The notes under the pieces were generated by a model. The model did not search any database and was not told the DNA's origin. It worked only from the letters and a program-made list of their open reading frames with translations. Positions 43,011-54,800 of a stretch of 64,000 nucleotides of DNA are shown piece by piece. Where the stretch lies: the NCBI GenBank assembly GCA_002811645.1, contig PDIP01000010.1, positions 62,001 through 126,000 on the forward strand, written 5' to 3'. The DNA comes from Corallochytrium limacisporum Hawaii (lineage: Eukaryota; Protista; Pluriformea). Position 1 is the first letter of the stretch. The number at the start of each line of letters is the position of its first letter. The translations under genes were made by a program, and so were the position numbers.

Positions 43011-43834
43011 GATCACTAATGAGTTGAGCGTCCTAACAACAGAAAACCTTGTCGTGCTTTGCATGGTCGAGAATTCTTATTTCTAGTCCTAGTCCTTAAA
43101 ATACCGTATATTCCTAGGATTATACCCAGGAGAAGTGGATACGATCTGAAGGAGTAAGGAAGAATGGACTATGACACAACACAAGACACTCCAGGGCCAG
43201 AGTTAAGGCCAAACTTCCCCTAGGCACACACCATTAGAAGTCGGCGCCAAAGGCGCCCCTAAGGCAGAGTAGAAAAGAAAACAGACACTACGCTTTCCAT
43301 ACCGAAAGTACTGACTGGCTCGGGAGGTCGCATTCGGACGGTCCGAGAACAAACAGCCCTGAGCCCTCGGAGTCAAAGGGAGGGCGCAATTCCGCCTTTC
43401 TTTCTGGCAACATTTTCTACCGTGAGGCCCTCGCCCGCCCCCCCCCAGCCAGTTTTGGGGGAAGCCTTTGTTCGTGAACGGGATTGTGGAAGGAAAACAA
43501 ATGGAAAAGAACACACACAGAGCCACAGCGCCCCACCTCCCCAACCCCTCTTCCCCTACACCGGATGGGCAGACTCGGAGACGGGCAGGCAGATGGTCGA
43601 CCGACCCTCCCGGGACCGGCACTGCCTGTGGCGGGTGTTGGTATGACCGGTGATACATCTTAACCTCCATCGATGAATTTGCCATGTCGACATCGTGTAG
43701 CTGGTATTAAACGTTAATTATCATGCAGATCTAGTACGAAATTCTATATTACGTATACAACACTGCGATTGTAAAGAGTGATGAGTCTCAGAACAGGCGG
43801 AAGAGGCGTATGAGTCCGGGCCTGAGAAGCAGAT

Positions 43835-44467
43835 ATGGTTGGTGAGGTCCGCACCGCAGCTACCGAGGTCAAACGGACCATTCGGCGAGCTATGGCTAGT
43901 CGGCTGGCGAACATGCCCCAGACTCACATCATTGAAGCAGGGAAGAAGGCAGAACAACACCTAATGCGCGCGGCCGAATTTGAGACCGCCCAACGCATCG
44001 CACTGTACTTGCACATGGCTACCGGTGAGTGCCCAACGGATACCATTATCAGAGCCTGTTTTGCGGCCAAAAAGCAGGTGTTTGTACCTTCATATGGACC
44101 ACGCGGGCGTATGGTCATGCTTGAAGTTTACTCGGAAGATGACATTAAGGATTTGCCGTCCACGAAATGGGGTATCCAGCAGCCGGACATTGATGATCCG
44201 ACTCGTGCGGATGCGTTGTTAACGGGCGGCCTAGATCTGGTAGTGATCCCTGGCCTGGCATTCTCAAGGGAAGGCCATCGCCTTGGTCGCGGTGCAGGAT
44301 ATTACGACCGGTTTCTCAAGAAATTAACTCCAAACTGTCATCGGTGGGCGCTGTGCCTTAATGAGCAGATTGTGCCTAGTAGTGAAATACCCATGATGGA
44401 TTACGACATTTTCGTGCAGGCACTGGCTACACCAGATGGCATCTTCCGTTGCGATGTGCTGAACTGA
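43835..44467 (+). CDS. MTHFS: 5-formyltetrahydrofolate cyclo-ligase
   Basis: KWGIQQP, GGLDLVVIPGLAF, RLGRGAGYYDRFL. Confidence 0.95.
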   Translation: MVGEVRTAATEVKRTIRRAMASRLANMPQTHIIEAGKKAEQHLMRAAEFETAQRIALYLHMATGECPTDTIIRACFAAKKQVFVPSYGPRGRMVMLEVYSEDDIKDLPSTKWGIQQPDIDDPTRADALLTGGLDLVVIPGLAFSREGHRLGRGAGYYDRFLKKLTPNCHRWALCLNEQIVPSSEIPMMDYDIFVQALATPDGIFRCDVLN

Positions 44468-44580
44468 AGAAAATCATCTAAAGAAAATATTATACCATAC
44501 ATGATCACCATCATCATAATGAGCATAGCTACGTATTTCTAAATATTTAAGTATCAGTGTTTGGTTCTGGTAGACTCCAC

Positions 44581-46224
44581 TTAGCGCTGGCGTTTTGGCC
44601 TTTTAGTATCTGCTGCGGCGCTGTCCTCTGAGCCACTGATTTTGCGTTTCTGCCGCCTGGTCGGTGGTCCCTCATCAGCATTCATCTGGTTTCTACTCAG
44701 TGCCTTACGCAGATGTGGAACTTCCTCTGATTCCTGTGCCTTCCCGCTGATCGCCCGCTCTGTTTCCAGGAATTCTTCCACCTTACTGGACATTGCCCCT
44801 GCCATCTCTTCGGCCATTTCGGCGTGTTCGCTATCGGGATTGTGGAACATTACCGCATTTGCAACGATCTGCAGACAGTCTCGGTAGAATTCTTCTGTAG
44901 TACTAATTAGTTCGCCTTGGACCCGCTGCTTCAGATCCTTAATGTAGATGGGCCTGTAGATCATTGCTGAGTACTCACCCGCGTTCACGCCATTTGCCTT
45001 CGTTCTGAAGTATGGGGCAGTTCTCTGGTTGTTAATGTCACTAAAGACGTTGACCATTCCCTTGCGCCATGCAACGGCAGACATGTGGTGGTCTTCTTCA
45101 CCCTCTTCTTCCTCCACGTCATTGTCTCCATTCTCCTGTTCCGCCTCCTCCTCTGCCGGCTGATCCGGTTCTTCTTTCTCATCGAGCTTCTCCTCAGGGG
45201 CTGCAGTGCGCTTCGCAGCGGCGGGCGACTCTGTTTTGTCTCTGTTGCGAGAAGGTACCCGGCGACGGCCACGAGCAGTACGAGGCTCCTCAGCCTCCTC
45301 TTCCTCGTCCTGTACCGATACCTTCTCTTCCGTCTGGGGTGCATTCTTGACGGGTGATGCACCACGGCTCGGGGACTTGCGAGTTGGCTTTGGTGCCAGA
45401 GCCTCGTCCTTTTCCTCTACGTTTTCCTTTCCTTCATCGGATGCTGCTGCTTTCTGATCTTCTTCTTTCGCTGTCTCTGCAGGCTTCTCCGAGTGCTGCT
45501 CATCAAGTCCGTTTGTTTTGGGTGCAAGAGCTTCAGTATCCTCTGTGCGTGAACGGAGCCGTGTCCGTCTTCCGCCAGTCTCATTTTCTTCCTCCTGTTC
45601 CGGTTCTTTTTCCGCATTCCGCGCTCCGACAGATATTTTCATCAGTCCCGGTCGTGATCCAGGTTGTGAGACGACCTTCGGTTTCAAGGCTGCATTGATA
45701 TCGTCTTGCAAATGCTTGTGGGTCAAGTCTTTGCTTTGATAGGCGGTGGTTAAAGGCTCTAGAAGGTGATCTAGCTTGCCATCCTGGATGCCTTGGCGCT
45801 CTTCTTTCAAACGTTTGTATAAGGCACGATCCTGGCGCATCAGACCCTTCAGCTCGGACATCCGTTCCTGATGTAGCTTTCTGCGCATACGAACCAAGTT
45901 CTGCTTCAACTCATCGGCATCGTCATGTTGCGACGAAGCATGCCTTGACCCAGGCCTCTTGCGCTTGCTCAATACTGTTGTGTTTTGCAAGTCCTCGAAC
46001 CTCGACTGTACGTTCTGTGTTGAGAACAGGTCTGATGGTCTTTGCGGTTCCAGATGTGGTGTTAATGCTTCCGATACCTTGCTCCAATTATTTCCTTGGG
46101 CCTGCATGGCAAGCACCAAGAGAAGCTGCTCCCTTTTCGTGAACAAGGGAGCATCTTTGGACTCTTTCGCGCTGCCGTCTTGTGTTGCCGACGCGGCTAT
46201 CGATCCTCGCCGTGAGCGGACCAT
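44581..46224 (-). CDS. BRD8: BRD8-like bromodomain protein (NuA4/TIP60 associated)
   Basis: N-terminal REQLLLVLAMQAQGNNWSKVS (SANT-like) and coiled coil ending IQDGKLD, acidic linker, C-terminal bromodomain (EEFYRD...NAVMF). ATG at 46224. Confidence 0.8.
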   Translation of the reverse strand: MVRSRRGSIAASATQDGSAKESKDAPLFTKREQLLLVLAMQAQGNNWSKVSEALTPHLEPQRPSDLFSTQNVQSRFEDLQNTTVLSKRKRPGSRHASSQHDDADELKQNLVRMRRKLHQERMSELKGLMRQDRALYKRLKEERQGIQDGKLDHLLEPLTTAYQSKDLTHKHLQDDINAALKPKVVSQPGSRPGLMKISVGARNAEKEPEQEEENETGGRRTRLRSRTEDTEALAPKTNGLDEQHSEKPAETAKEEDQKAAASDEGKENVEEKDEALAPKPTRKSPSRGASPVKNAPQTEEKVSVQDEEEEAEEPRTARGRRRVPSRNRDKTESPAAAKRTAAPEEKLDEKEEPDQPAEEEAEQENGDNDVEEEEGEEDHHMSAVAWRKGMVNVFSDINNQRTAPYFRTKANGVNAGEYSAMIYRPIYIKDLKQRVQGELISTTEEFYRDCLQIVANAVMFHNPDSEHAEMAEEMAGAMSSKVEEFLETERAISGKAQESEEVPHLRKALSRNQMNADEGPPTRRQKRKISGSEDSAAADTKRPKRQR

Positions 46225-47401
46225 ATTTCTTGACACTTTGGTGTGTTAAACACACGTTAAGATGGCTATATACTCTCTTTACATTATTCACTCCTTGCGT
46301 ATCTAAAAATAGAGACAAATCATTTAGATCGAACTGATTCAGATCACAGCGTATTATATATACGGGAATATAAAGCCGTCCCACTTCACTGCTACAAACC
46401 GATCTTCGACTCCCCTGGGTACAGCTAAGATGTGAACGTAACACTATGATTCGTTGTACAAATACAGATATTATCAACATGCACATAATTTTATAGTTTC
46501 ATAGGACTGCGACCTTGTTGACATGTGCAAAAAAATTACCAAAACTCAAGCCTAAACTGCGTACACTGGACCGTAACCGGGGCTGTCAGGGCTCCCCTCC
46601 ATTGAGACCTTTGCCCCCTGGCTGCCTGAGGCCGGCGTAGGTACCAGACACACACCCCACAGTTAGACGGAGGAGGAGAAGGCCAAGGTTGGAGGAGTGG
46701 GGCCTGTCCGAATCCTTTGCGGCCTGCTCCCAGCTCCATTTCCCGCCTTCAGCGCAGGTGCCATAGTTTCAGTACTGACCAGTGCAATAACCATGGCAAG
46801 CTATGGTAGTTTCGGTACGGATTCTTTGTTTTTGCCTTTCGGAAAAGAGAAGGACGTGGTAACAGAGAAATGCGCCTAGAAGCACCTATTCCTCCCTCCA
46901 ACGTCGGTGTTCAGTATGGTAAACATACCGGCCCTGGGTACGCTGAAAAGCAAAACTAGAACCTTTCCAAGGTGCGAAGAAAGTTATGAAATTGAAAAAC
47001 ATACACACTCCTGGTTGTGTTATGAGGCGGTCTCCCATACGTTTTGTACTGCACGGCCCAAGGCGCAAACATTCTAGTCCGCGGTTGTTCTGCATCCGTA
47101 CTCAGTGTTTTGCCACACACTGTGAGCTGTTGGGTGGCCCTAAAACGTATCGATCAGTGAAAATATCGATCGACACGAGTCTGCTCCTGTGAAAAACCTC
47201 GCGTTCACAGCCCGCGCCTTCCCTTTGCACTTCCCGGGCCAAGGGGAGGCCCGGGAGGGGGGGACTCGCGGGGCCTAAAACTGAACAGTCGGTGTCGACC
47301 CCCATCGTCTGGCTTCGTGCTTTGTGTACAACAATGGTATTCGGAGATACGTTGGACGACCACCGAGCATATAAATACGATTCATGATTATGTTTATCTG
47401 A

Positions 47402-48289
47402 ATGGAAACATGTTTACCAAGTATAATGTCTTTCCTTCCGGATCACATCAGGGATCTTTTCAAGGCCCGTGATCCACTGCCTTATGCACCTCCGATCAAG
47501 AACACTCACAACTACCCTGAATATGAACCGGTATCTAATTACCTTCATGAACTAGACGAATCTACGCCTGCATCATCACCAAGATATCACATGGAGACGC
47601 GAGCACAGAGGAGAGAACGTAAACGGGAGAAGAAGGCACGCAAAACATCTTCCATGATCGACAAGGCTGTCGACAGCTGGAAACCGAAAGAAGATCCAAG
47701 CGTGAGTGGGGACCCATACGCCACTTTGTTCGTTGCGAGGTTAGACTATAAAACAACAGAAGATGAAATCAAATTGTCACTAGAGAAATACGGCCCGATC
47801 AAGAATGTTACCCTTGTTAAAGACCGTGAAGGGCGGCCCAGGGGCTACGGATTCGTTGAATTTGAGAGTGAGTTGAACATGATGAGGGCTTGTAAAGAAG
47901 GTAGTCAGATGTCTATTGGTTCGAAATTTGTCCTGACTGACATGGAACGAGGCCGTACCATCGATGGATGGCTTCCTAGACGATTCGGCGGCGGCCTTGG
48001 CGGCCGTAGAAACAAACGCCGAAAGGGAACTCGATCTAATCGGCAGCCAGACGGCCGAGGAGCATCCAGGAACCGCTCTGACCGTCGTCGAAGACCACCA
48101 CCGAGTCGTGGAGATGGATTTATTGACCGTTATGACCGCCGTCCATCATTTCCACGCCGAAATCCGCGTGAGGAGTATGCGCGCCGAAGACCATCGAGAG
48201 ACGACCGCCGCGATCCTAAGGACCGTCAACGATCTCGTTCTCCGCCACGGAGGGACCACGAACCTCCACTAGGCCGGTGGGGTCGATAA
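47402..48289 (+). CDS. SNRNP70: U1 small nuclear ribonucleoprotein 70 kDa
   Basis: FLPDHIRDLFKARDPLPY, GDPYATLFVARLDY, PRGYGFVEF, DMERGRT..GWLPRRFGGGLGG, R/D-rich tail. Likely start is 47426. Confidence 0.95.
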   Translation: METCLPSIMSFLPDHIRDLFKARDPLPYAPPIKNTHNYPEYEPVSNYLHELDESTPASSPRYHMETRAQRRERKREKKARKTSSMIDKAVDSWKPKEDPSVSGDPYATLFVARLDYKTTEDEIKLSLEKYGPIKNVTLVKDREGRPRGYGFVEFESELNMMRACKEGSQMSIGSKFVLTDMERGRTIDGWLPRRFGGGLGGRRNKRRKGTRSNRQPDGRGASRNRSDRRRRPPPSRGDGFIDRYDRRPSFPRRNPREEYARRRPSRDDRRDPKDRQRSRSPPRRDHEPPLGRWGR

Positions 48290-48571
48290 AGAATGTAAAG
48301 AACAAAGCAACTGTACACAGCTTCAATATTTATGGCTTGACCACTGGCCAATATGCAAAAGTGGATTTAATGTACTATGTTAAAGGAAGTGTAACTTATT
48401 CATGATTGAGTGCAGCCCGCACATGAAGTGATGTGTAGAAGCTAACTAGTGCAAAATTTTTTCATGCGTAATGCTTAACTGGTTTACATGCTCATACCCG
48501 GCAATCTAGGCCATCCTAAGGATCTGTTATCATCGACTACGCCGGTAAACATTAATTCCCAGCTAAAACAT

Positions 48572-48892
48572 TTAGAAGACAATAGCCTGGCCCTTACGCT
48601 TGCGATCACCGCCGAGCTCGAAGTGCTTGCAGCGCTTGATGGGCTTCTGGATCTTAGTCTTGCACTGAGAGCATTCCATACGGAGCACAATCTTCTTGGT
48701 GGTCTTAGCCTTCTTGCGGAAAATTGGCTTGGTCTGACCACCGAAACCCTTCTGCTTCCGGTCGTAACGGCGCTTACCCTGAGCGAAGATGGAGTCCTTA
48801 CCCTTCTTGTACTGAGCAACCTTGTGCAAAGTGTGGCGACGGCACTGCTTGCCGGGGCAGAAAGTCCGGCGGGTCTTGGGAATGTTCACCAT
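48572..48892 (-). CDS. RPL36A: 60S ribosomal protein eL42 (L36a/L44)
   Basis: [12 protein letters not shown]...[33 protein letters not shown]...[10 protein letters not shown]. Retains the Pro of GGQTKP (cycloheximide-sensitive type). Confidence 0.98.
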   Translation of the reverse strand: MVNIPKTRRTFCPGKQCRRHTLHKVAQYKKGKDSIFAQGKRRYDRKQKGFGGQTKPIFRKKAKTTKKIVLRMECSQCKTKIQKPIKRCKHFELGGDRKRKGQAIVF

Positions 48893-51800
48893 GTTGATCC
48901 CGAGTTTCAAACTGAGTTAGAGATACTTTTCACAGTGTCCAATGTCATTAGAGGAGTTTCTTAAATAGCAGCACATCATGCGTCGGAAAACTATTATGTG
49001 TCCACCATGCATGGAGAATGGTACTCTTCCAAGGTAAGTATGAGAATCGGCGGTTAATGAGCGCTTGTTTCAAGGCATCAACAGACCCTGCACTTTGGTA
49101 CTTTGATACTCTGCGGGGCCTCGGCTATGCGAACGGTCTTGGCTATGTATGTCGCTGGTAACGAAACACTTTGTCATACTGAAAGTTTTGACGGCGGCGG
49201 CTATGGGTAGCGACTTCGCTACATTCACTATGGCGGTTCTATTTAGTACTCATTTCGAGGACTCAGCTTGATATCAGAACATTTAGTATGAAAAACAGCG
49301 AACGTTCATATCAGTGGGAAGACCCCTGAAATTTCCATATTTTTCCTCCACCCGACTCAGAAATGTTTTTATGCAAAAAAAACATTTGTGTTTGCTTTTG
49401 TGAAATGTGTGTGTTTTTTTTTTGGGATGGAGAGCCAACCTCTTGCCGACCAACTCTTCTCTTCTGGGCCCCGGGGCCTCCTTCACGAAAAGTGAGGGTG
49501 CACAAGGAAAACAGCTTAGATTGTAATCACAAAATCAAGGCCTTGTGGCCAAGAATTACTAATGATGTTGATATGTTAGGGTTTCAGGCTATTTTCTCAT
49601 TCCAACGTACCAACAGGCTACGGCGTCGGTACTGAAAGTATCACTCTGCTGTCGCGCAAATAGTTTCAGTACTGCCAGCATCCACCGCGTGTGACTACGA
49701 CTGCGTGCCTATGGCTGATCCCCACAGCCTTCCATGATGACGAACCCGCGGGCCGGCAGAGTGCAAGAAGGGGAAACAGAAAGGTGTGTGCGCTGTTTCC
49801 GCTAAACCGTCGGATATCACCGCACATATCCAAAGTATAGGGCTAGAAATCTCGTGTTCCTGTGGAGGCCTGCTTCAGAGCCCGATCACACCTGCTACTG
49901 GTCACACTGTTTCCACAATAGACAGAGTCAGGCTGCCGGTGTGGCTCACACCTTCTGCGCGAACCGAACACGAAAAAAATCACTCCCAGTTGCAATCGAT
50001 GATATCATCAATTTCAGCCAATCAACAGCTAGTTTTCACTTAGCTCTTAAATTAGTACCCGGACCTAAATCCCGCCGCTTCTGTGTTTTTTTTGCCCTGC
50101 TTTCTCAGTCTCTTCGTTGTTGGTCGTGACGAACTCGAAGGGGATGCGGAGAGAGCGTACAAGTGGTTCACTGTGTAATTGTGACATAGGTCGAAGGAGT
50201 GCGAAGACTTGCCATGCCTAGCTGCCATGATCGGCCGCAATTCCGGTACAGTTTCTACTGAAAACTAGGAAGCGCGGGAAAACAAAGATGTTCACAAGCA
50301 CGGATGCTGAGACGGGCATGGCTGCCGATAGATTCACCTGTGAAGAAAATATCTCTCCGTCGCTCCGTGTGTCCCTCGTTTTAAGTCTAGTGGAGGTGTC
50401 CACACGTCGGCTCCCCCGGTCCCCGGCACAATTTAAAATCTGTCTCATATTGGACGCGACGTACAAGGGCGTTATCCCGATGGCGGGCGGGTTCATGGCG
50501 ATTTTGGTTACTCCCGTTTCTTCTCCTCTGCACTACTTGCTGTCATTTTTGACCATTGGCAAGCACCGCTACTCCAATTCGCCACTGTTGTACAGTACAC
50601 AACATCCTCGTTGAACTTGTAGCGCGCGCATGGAAGGGCCTGGTTGACTAGTCAACCAATCGAGAGTTCCACTTTATCACCTTGTATGGAAGGGACTGCC
50701 AACACAGAGTTGAAGAGAGATCAGCGATAGCAGCGGGACCAAGATGAAAAGTGACGAGGGATCGAGAGGAGAAACGCAGATTGTAAAAAATCTTTTCTCA
50801 TTTCTTCTTTCATCACACTGCTGTCTCTTTCCCTGTTGTCAACCACCCGCCACCCACAGTTGATAATCACCAACACCAACCGCACATCGTAAAGTTATAA
50901 ACGCACCAAAGGGAAGGAGCGGATTTTGAATTAGGCAAGCGCTATTGCGCATACTTGTGCTCAGCAAAGACGGCAAGGCGAGTCGAGCAGAAGCACTTTG
51001 GTCCCATTAAAATGCAGGGAGTACGAAGTTTACTCAGCTGTCAACAGATCCGAAACGCACCGCCCCTGCAGCATCATTTATTTTTGCGTAAACTTTGCGG
51101 GTGATGATTTGTTCACCTCTTCCCCTAGGATTGCTTATACTGCACCGCTCCGCGGTGATGTCCAGGTTGAACGGTGGCTGTGCAAGTATAGATGCATGCT
51201 GTACAATACCCACCTGTGGGATACTCTAGGAACACTGTGTACGCTAGCTAGTCCTTTCCTTAGATGGATACCGCCAGATTGTTTATGCCAGGTGGTTGAA
51301 CACTGCAACAGTAAGAAGCGGCGGGGTATAAAATATATATTCCGCAAAACATAGTCTATATTTTGAAACCGGGGCAATAAGTGGACCAGAAAGCTTTGTC
51401 GTGCGAGAAGACAACCATTTCTTCCGCAGCGGCAATAATAAGTACCCCGCCGCCCGTCTCCCGGGAGAATTGGAGAGGAATATGCGAGTGTATGACATCA
51501 ACCACTGCCGTATGTCTCCCGCCATTTAATAGCAGGAACTCATCCTATACATTCAGTATGAAATTTCAAAAAGCCAGTCCCTGTGTCAGGGGAAAGTTAA
51601 CATCCGTTGCTCCCCGCTGCGGTGTTGTCGGAAGGTACCAACATCGTTGCGGTGCACCCATCATCATCATCACTGCTATCGTGCACTCCTGTCTTCCGCT
51701 ATCAGTGAAGAGTATGGAGCGACATGGACCAGCCTTGCTCCAAATACCATGACCAGAAGCCACACAGTGTCGATCATCACAACTTAGCGGCCGCACACGC

Positions 51801-54800
51801 ATGCGAAGGGACAAAACGTTGTGGTGCGCATGGTCCACACGACTTCGCCATCCAATGCTCATGGCGAAGAAAGTTTCCGAACGTGTGATGTTAGCATGTC
51901 TCATCTTGGATTTATCTTGAGGTTCTACCTCATTCATCATCAGTATGATCACCTTGTATGAACGGGGTTAAAGAGCCGATCGGGTGCATCCGGGATCATG
52001 CGCACCTGCGAAAGTTGTTCAGAGTTGTGGCATGCAAGGCACAAGTGTCCACTGTGATGTGTGATTGTGCTCCGCTGAGGATGACGATGTTCATATCATA
52101 CTGCCAACAGAAGAAAGAAGGAACGCAGTTCATCATCTCGTACCCTTCTCTCGGAGCATACACAAGTAATGAAGTTTTGATCGCCAATGCTAACAAGTAG
52201 TAACACAAACCAAGCGCACACCGAGCACCAATCGCTTACATCACGCACCCACTCCACAGATCACTTTCGAACATCCGCCAGCAAAATACACCGGTACCTG
52301 ATCCTTCGCCATGCAGAAACATCTCCGTCATAACTCCTTGCAACGAGTGAATGTGATGATGATGATCTGTAACCTTTCAGCATGTTATGGTGCAGTGTGC
52401 GTATGGACTGCACCGCAGTCCTACCATGTCCATTGGACCATATGCACGTAAATTTGTTTTGTTGGATTGTAACGAGAGGAAAGAAGACCGGAGGAAGACG
52501 AGAGGGTAGTACAAGAAGGAAGGACGAAGAAGAAACGACGGTTGCAGCAAACGATGCGGCTAACCCCCTACCTCCTGAAAATGATGGTGTATCGGCTAGT
52601 GCAAAGTTGAACGTTGAGCACAGCGCACCCTGCCCCTCCCCCCTGCACCACCCCTCAAGTCGCTCGTGTATCCTTGCCGTGTGCGATGCAAAGAGTTGAC
52701 AGCCCTTGAACGCTGACACTTCCAGTCTCCGGGTCTGCGCAGTCTGAGACCTCGTAAGGCCCCGCCCCTTTAGAGATACTACCCTCTCATTCGTCAATTT
52801 GGACCACTCACTGATCAGTAAACACGATGAAATCACCATCCGGCTTGAGAAGGGTGGGTTCGGAAGGGGAGATGGGTGTGAAGAAATTTTCAAAAAAGGA
52901 CGAGGCAGAAGGAGGGAAAGAGGGACACACCGGCGGGAGGAGCGCCATGGAATGTGGTACACATTTGCTGAAATTCGCAAAGGTGATGAATTTATGCCAT
53001 TGTTTCAGTATAGATAATGGAAGCAATGAACAAAGCAAGCCAGGAATACAGTTTTTGTTACCAGGCAAAAGATTCACCACACGAACAAAAGGGTTCATAA
53101 CATGGACACAAAAAGCAAGTCGCAAAGTCATTTGTAATAACCGAAACCGATGAGCCTTTTCCAGTCGCAGCAATGCTCTTTATTTGAAATTCAAACGACG
53201 CAGCAAATTTAACATGGTAATCAGACTACATGAAAAGGCCATTGAAAGTAAGAGAGACACGCAACTACAACGGCTTTCCTCCCGGGCATACCGAATTAGT
53301 GCGCCTCACTGTCAGAATTTGTTCTCCGTCTACTGGTTTAGGTGTTTCCAAATTACAAAGTAATCAAACCCACGGTGCTAAGTGCCGATCAGACGGCCTG
53401 CGTGAGTTGTGCAGCTAGTTTGCTCAACAACATTTCTATATTTGCCGTTCACTCATTACTATGGGTATTATTGCCCACCCGGGATAAATTAGGGGAACCA
53501 GGTAGGCCTGCATGGCATCTGTTACGCGAATGTGATCAATTTATGAGTTTCGTGATTAGAGTTTCTTTCCCTATTATTTCTAGTTTGCTCTCTTCTCTCT
53601 CTTGGCTAAGAAAGACGGGGCCTGTTCACTATGAAATGAGCTCCTTGCAGCACATGTCCGCTACCACAACTTCCGCACGCAGGGGGTTCGGTCTCAACTG
53701 TGCACCAGCAAGAAGCGGTCCGGTTTTGTTTGGCGTCAATATAAACCATTTCAAATATCATCCCTTCGTCCACCTCGAACCATTTTTTCATGTTTTCCAC
53801 TTCCAATGAATTCCTCGCTCTTCATGTGAGAGTTGATCCTTGCTATATACATACATTCCGAACTCTCTTTTGGCAACAGTTGTTTCAATTGAGAAAGAAC
53901 TTAGTATCTCACCGCCACAACTATCGTTCGGGCAGTTAGAGAAAGAGTCTTATCTTGTTGTCCATGTTGGTTGTGGAGTGGTTCGAGTTGTTGACCAAGA
54001 GTTGGCAGCAGCGACTGATGATGACCCTGGGTATCTTAACGGCATCACAACTTGAGCATCCAACTGGCATGCATAGCATCCAGGTATTGATTTTCACATG
54101 AGTAAAGAGCTGCTTCAGCTGATCCTTTGACCATGCTAAGAGCCTACTAATAAAGCAGGCGGGATTTGAAGGGGCCGCATAGTGATCCTGATGTGTGCAT
54201 CCTTGTTCTTGAACCCCGTGCCTTGAGTTTCATGCGCACCTGTGATATCTCTTTAATTCCTAGTGCAGAAGCGGATCTCTCCTCGTCCCGGATGCGGTCT
54301 TACCGAATCGTATGTGTGCCAAGCCGCAGTGGGGGAGGAAGACCTCAGCATGAATAGGCGAGACGGGTGAGACCCACAAAGGGCGAACCCCCAATGACAC
54401 CCCAGCTTGGGTGTGCGGTGCTTTTAAATACACATCAGGATTCGAGGGAACATCGTGCATGCAACAACACAAAGCAAACAAACAAAAGAACAAGCGAGAA
54501 ACAATTTCCCCAACCTCAGACAGAATACAATCCATTCATAGTTGGTATATGAAGAAACTGGAACTGTAGAGGAGTAGCCGTCCGAAGTCGAACGGTGAGA
54601 AACGGGACTGCTTGGATGCCGCGCTCTCTGACGAAAGTCTTTCACGCTTGTCCGTCTTCCTCTTCTCGATTTGAAGTGTACGTCACCTCTTAAAAAAAAA
54701 TTAACTCTCCCTGTAGTTGTTCGATGGCAGACAGATCTTGACCTTCGCCGTTCTGGCAAAATGTAGACTGTCGCCCAGTACCAGCGAGCCTGCGTGTCAG

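Noticed and set aside
43108-43116. ATATTCCTA, matching the U17/snR30 m1 motif
   Set aside because: No m2 (AAACCAT) or H/ACA hairpin context follows.
11850-44467. Apparent folate/one-carbon cluster (SHMT, PAN6, MTHFS)
   Set aside because: The genes are 7-23 kb apart among unrelated housekeeping genes; consistent with chance.
48488-48964. Long antisense ORFs over eL42, the TBP-like gene, the second bZIP and others
   Set aside because: Shadow ORFs produced by strong codon bias on the coding strand.
48900-49041. U1 snRNA gene on the minus strand (starts ATACTTACCT)
   Set aside because: No stem-loop I loop (GATCACGAAG), no loop II (ATTGCAC) and no Sm site; it runs into the eL42 start.
49576-49584. 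TTAGGGTTT (telo-box/Tbf1-like site) upstream of eL42
   Set aside because: A single short match about 700 bp from the start; cannot be distinguished from chance with one ribosomal-protein gene.
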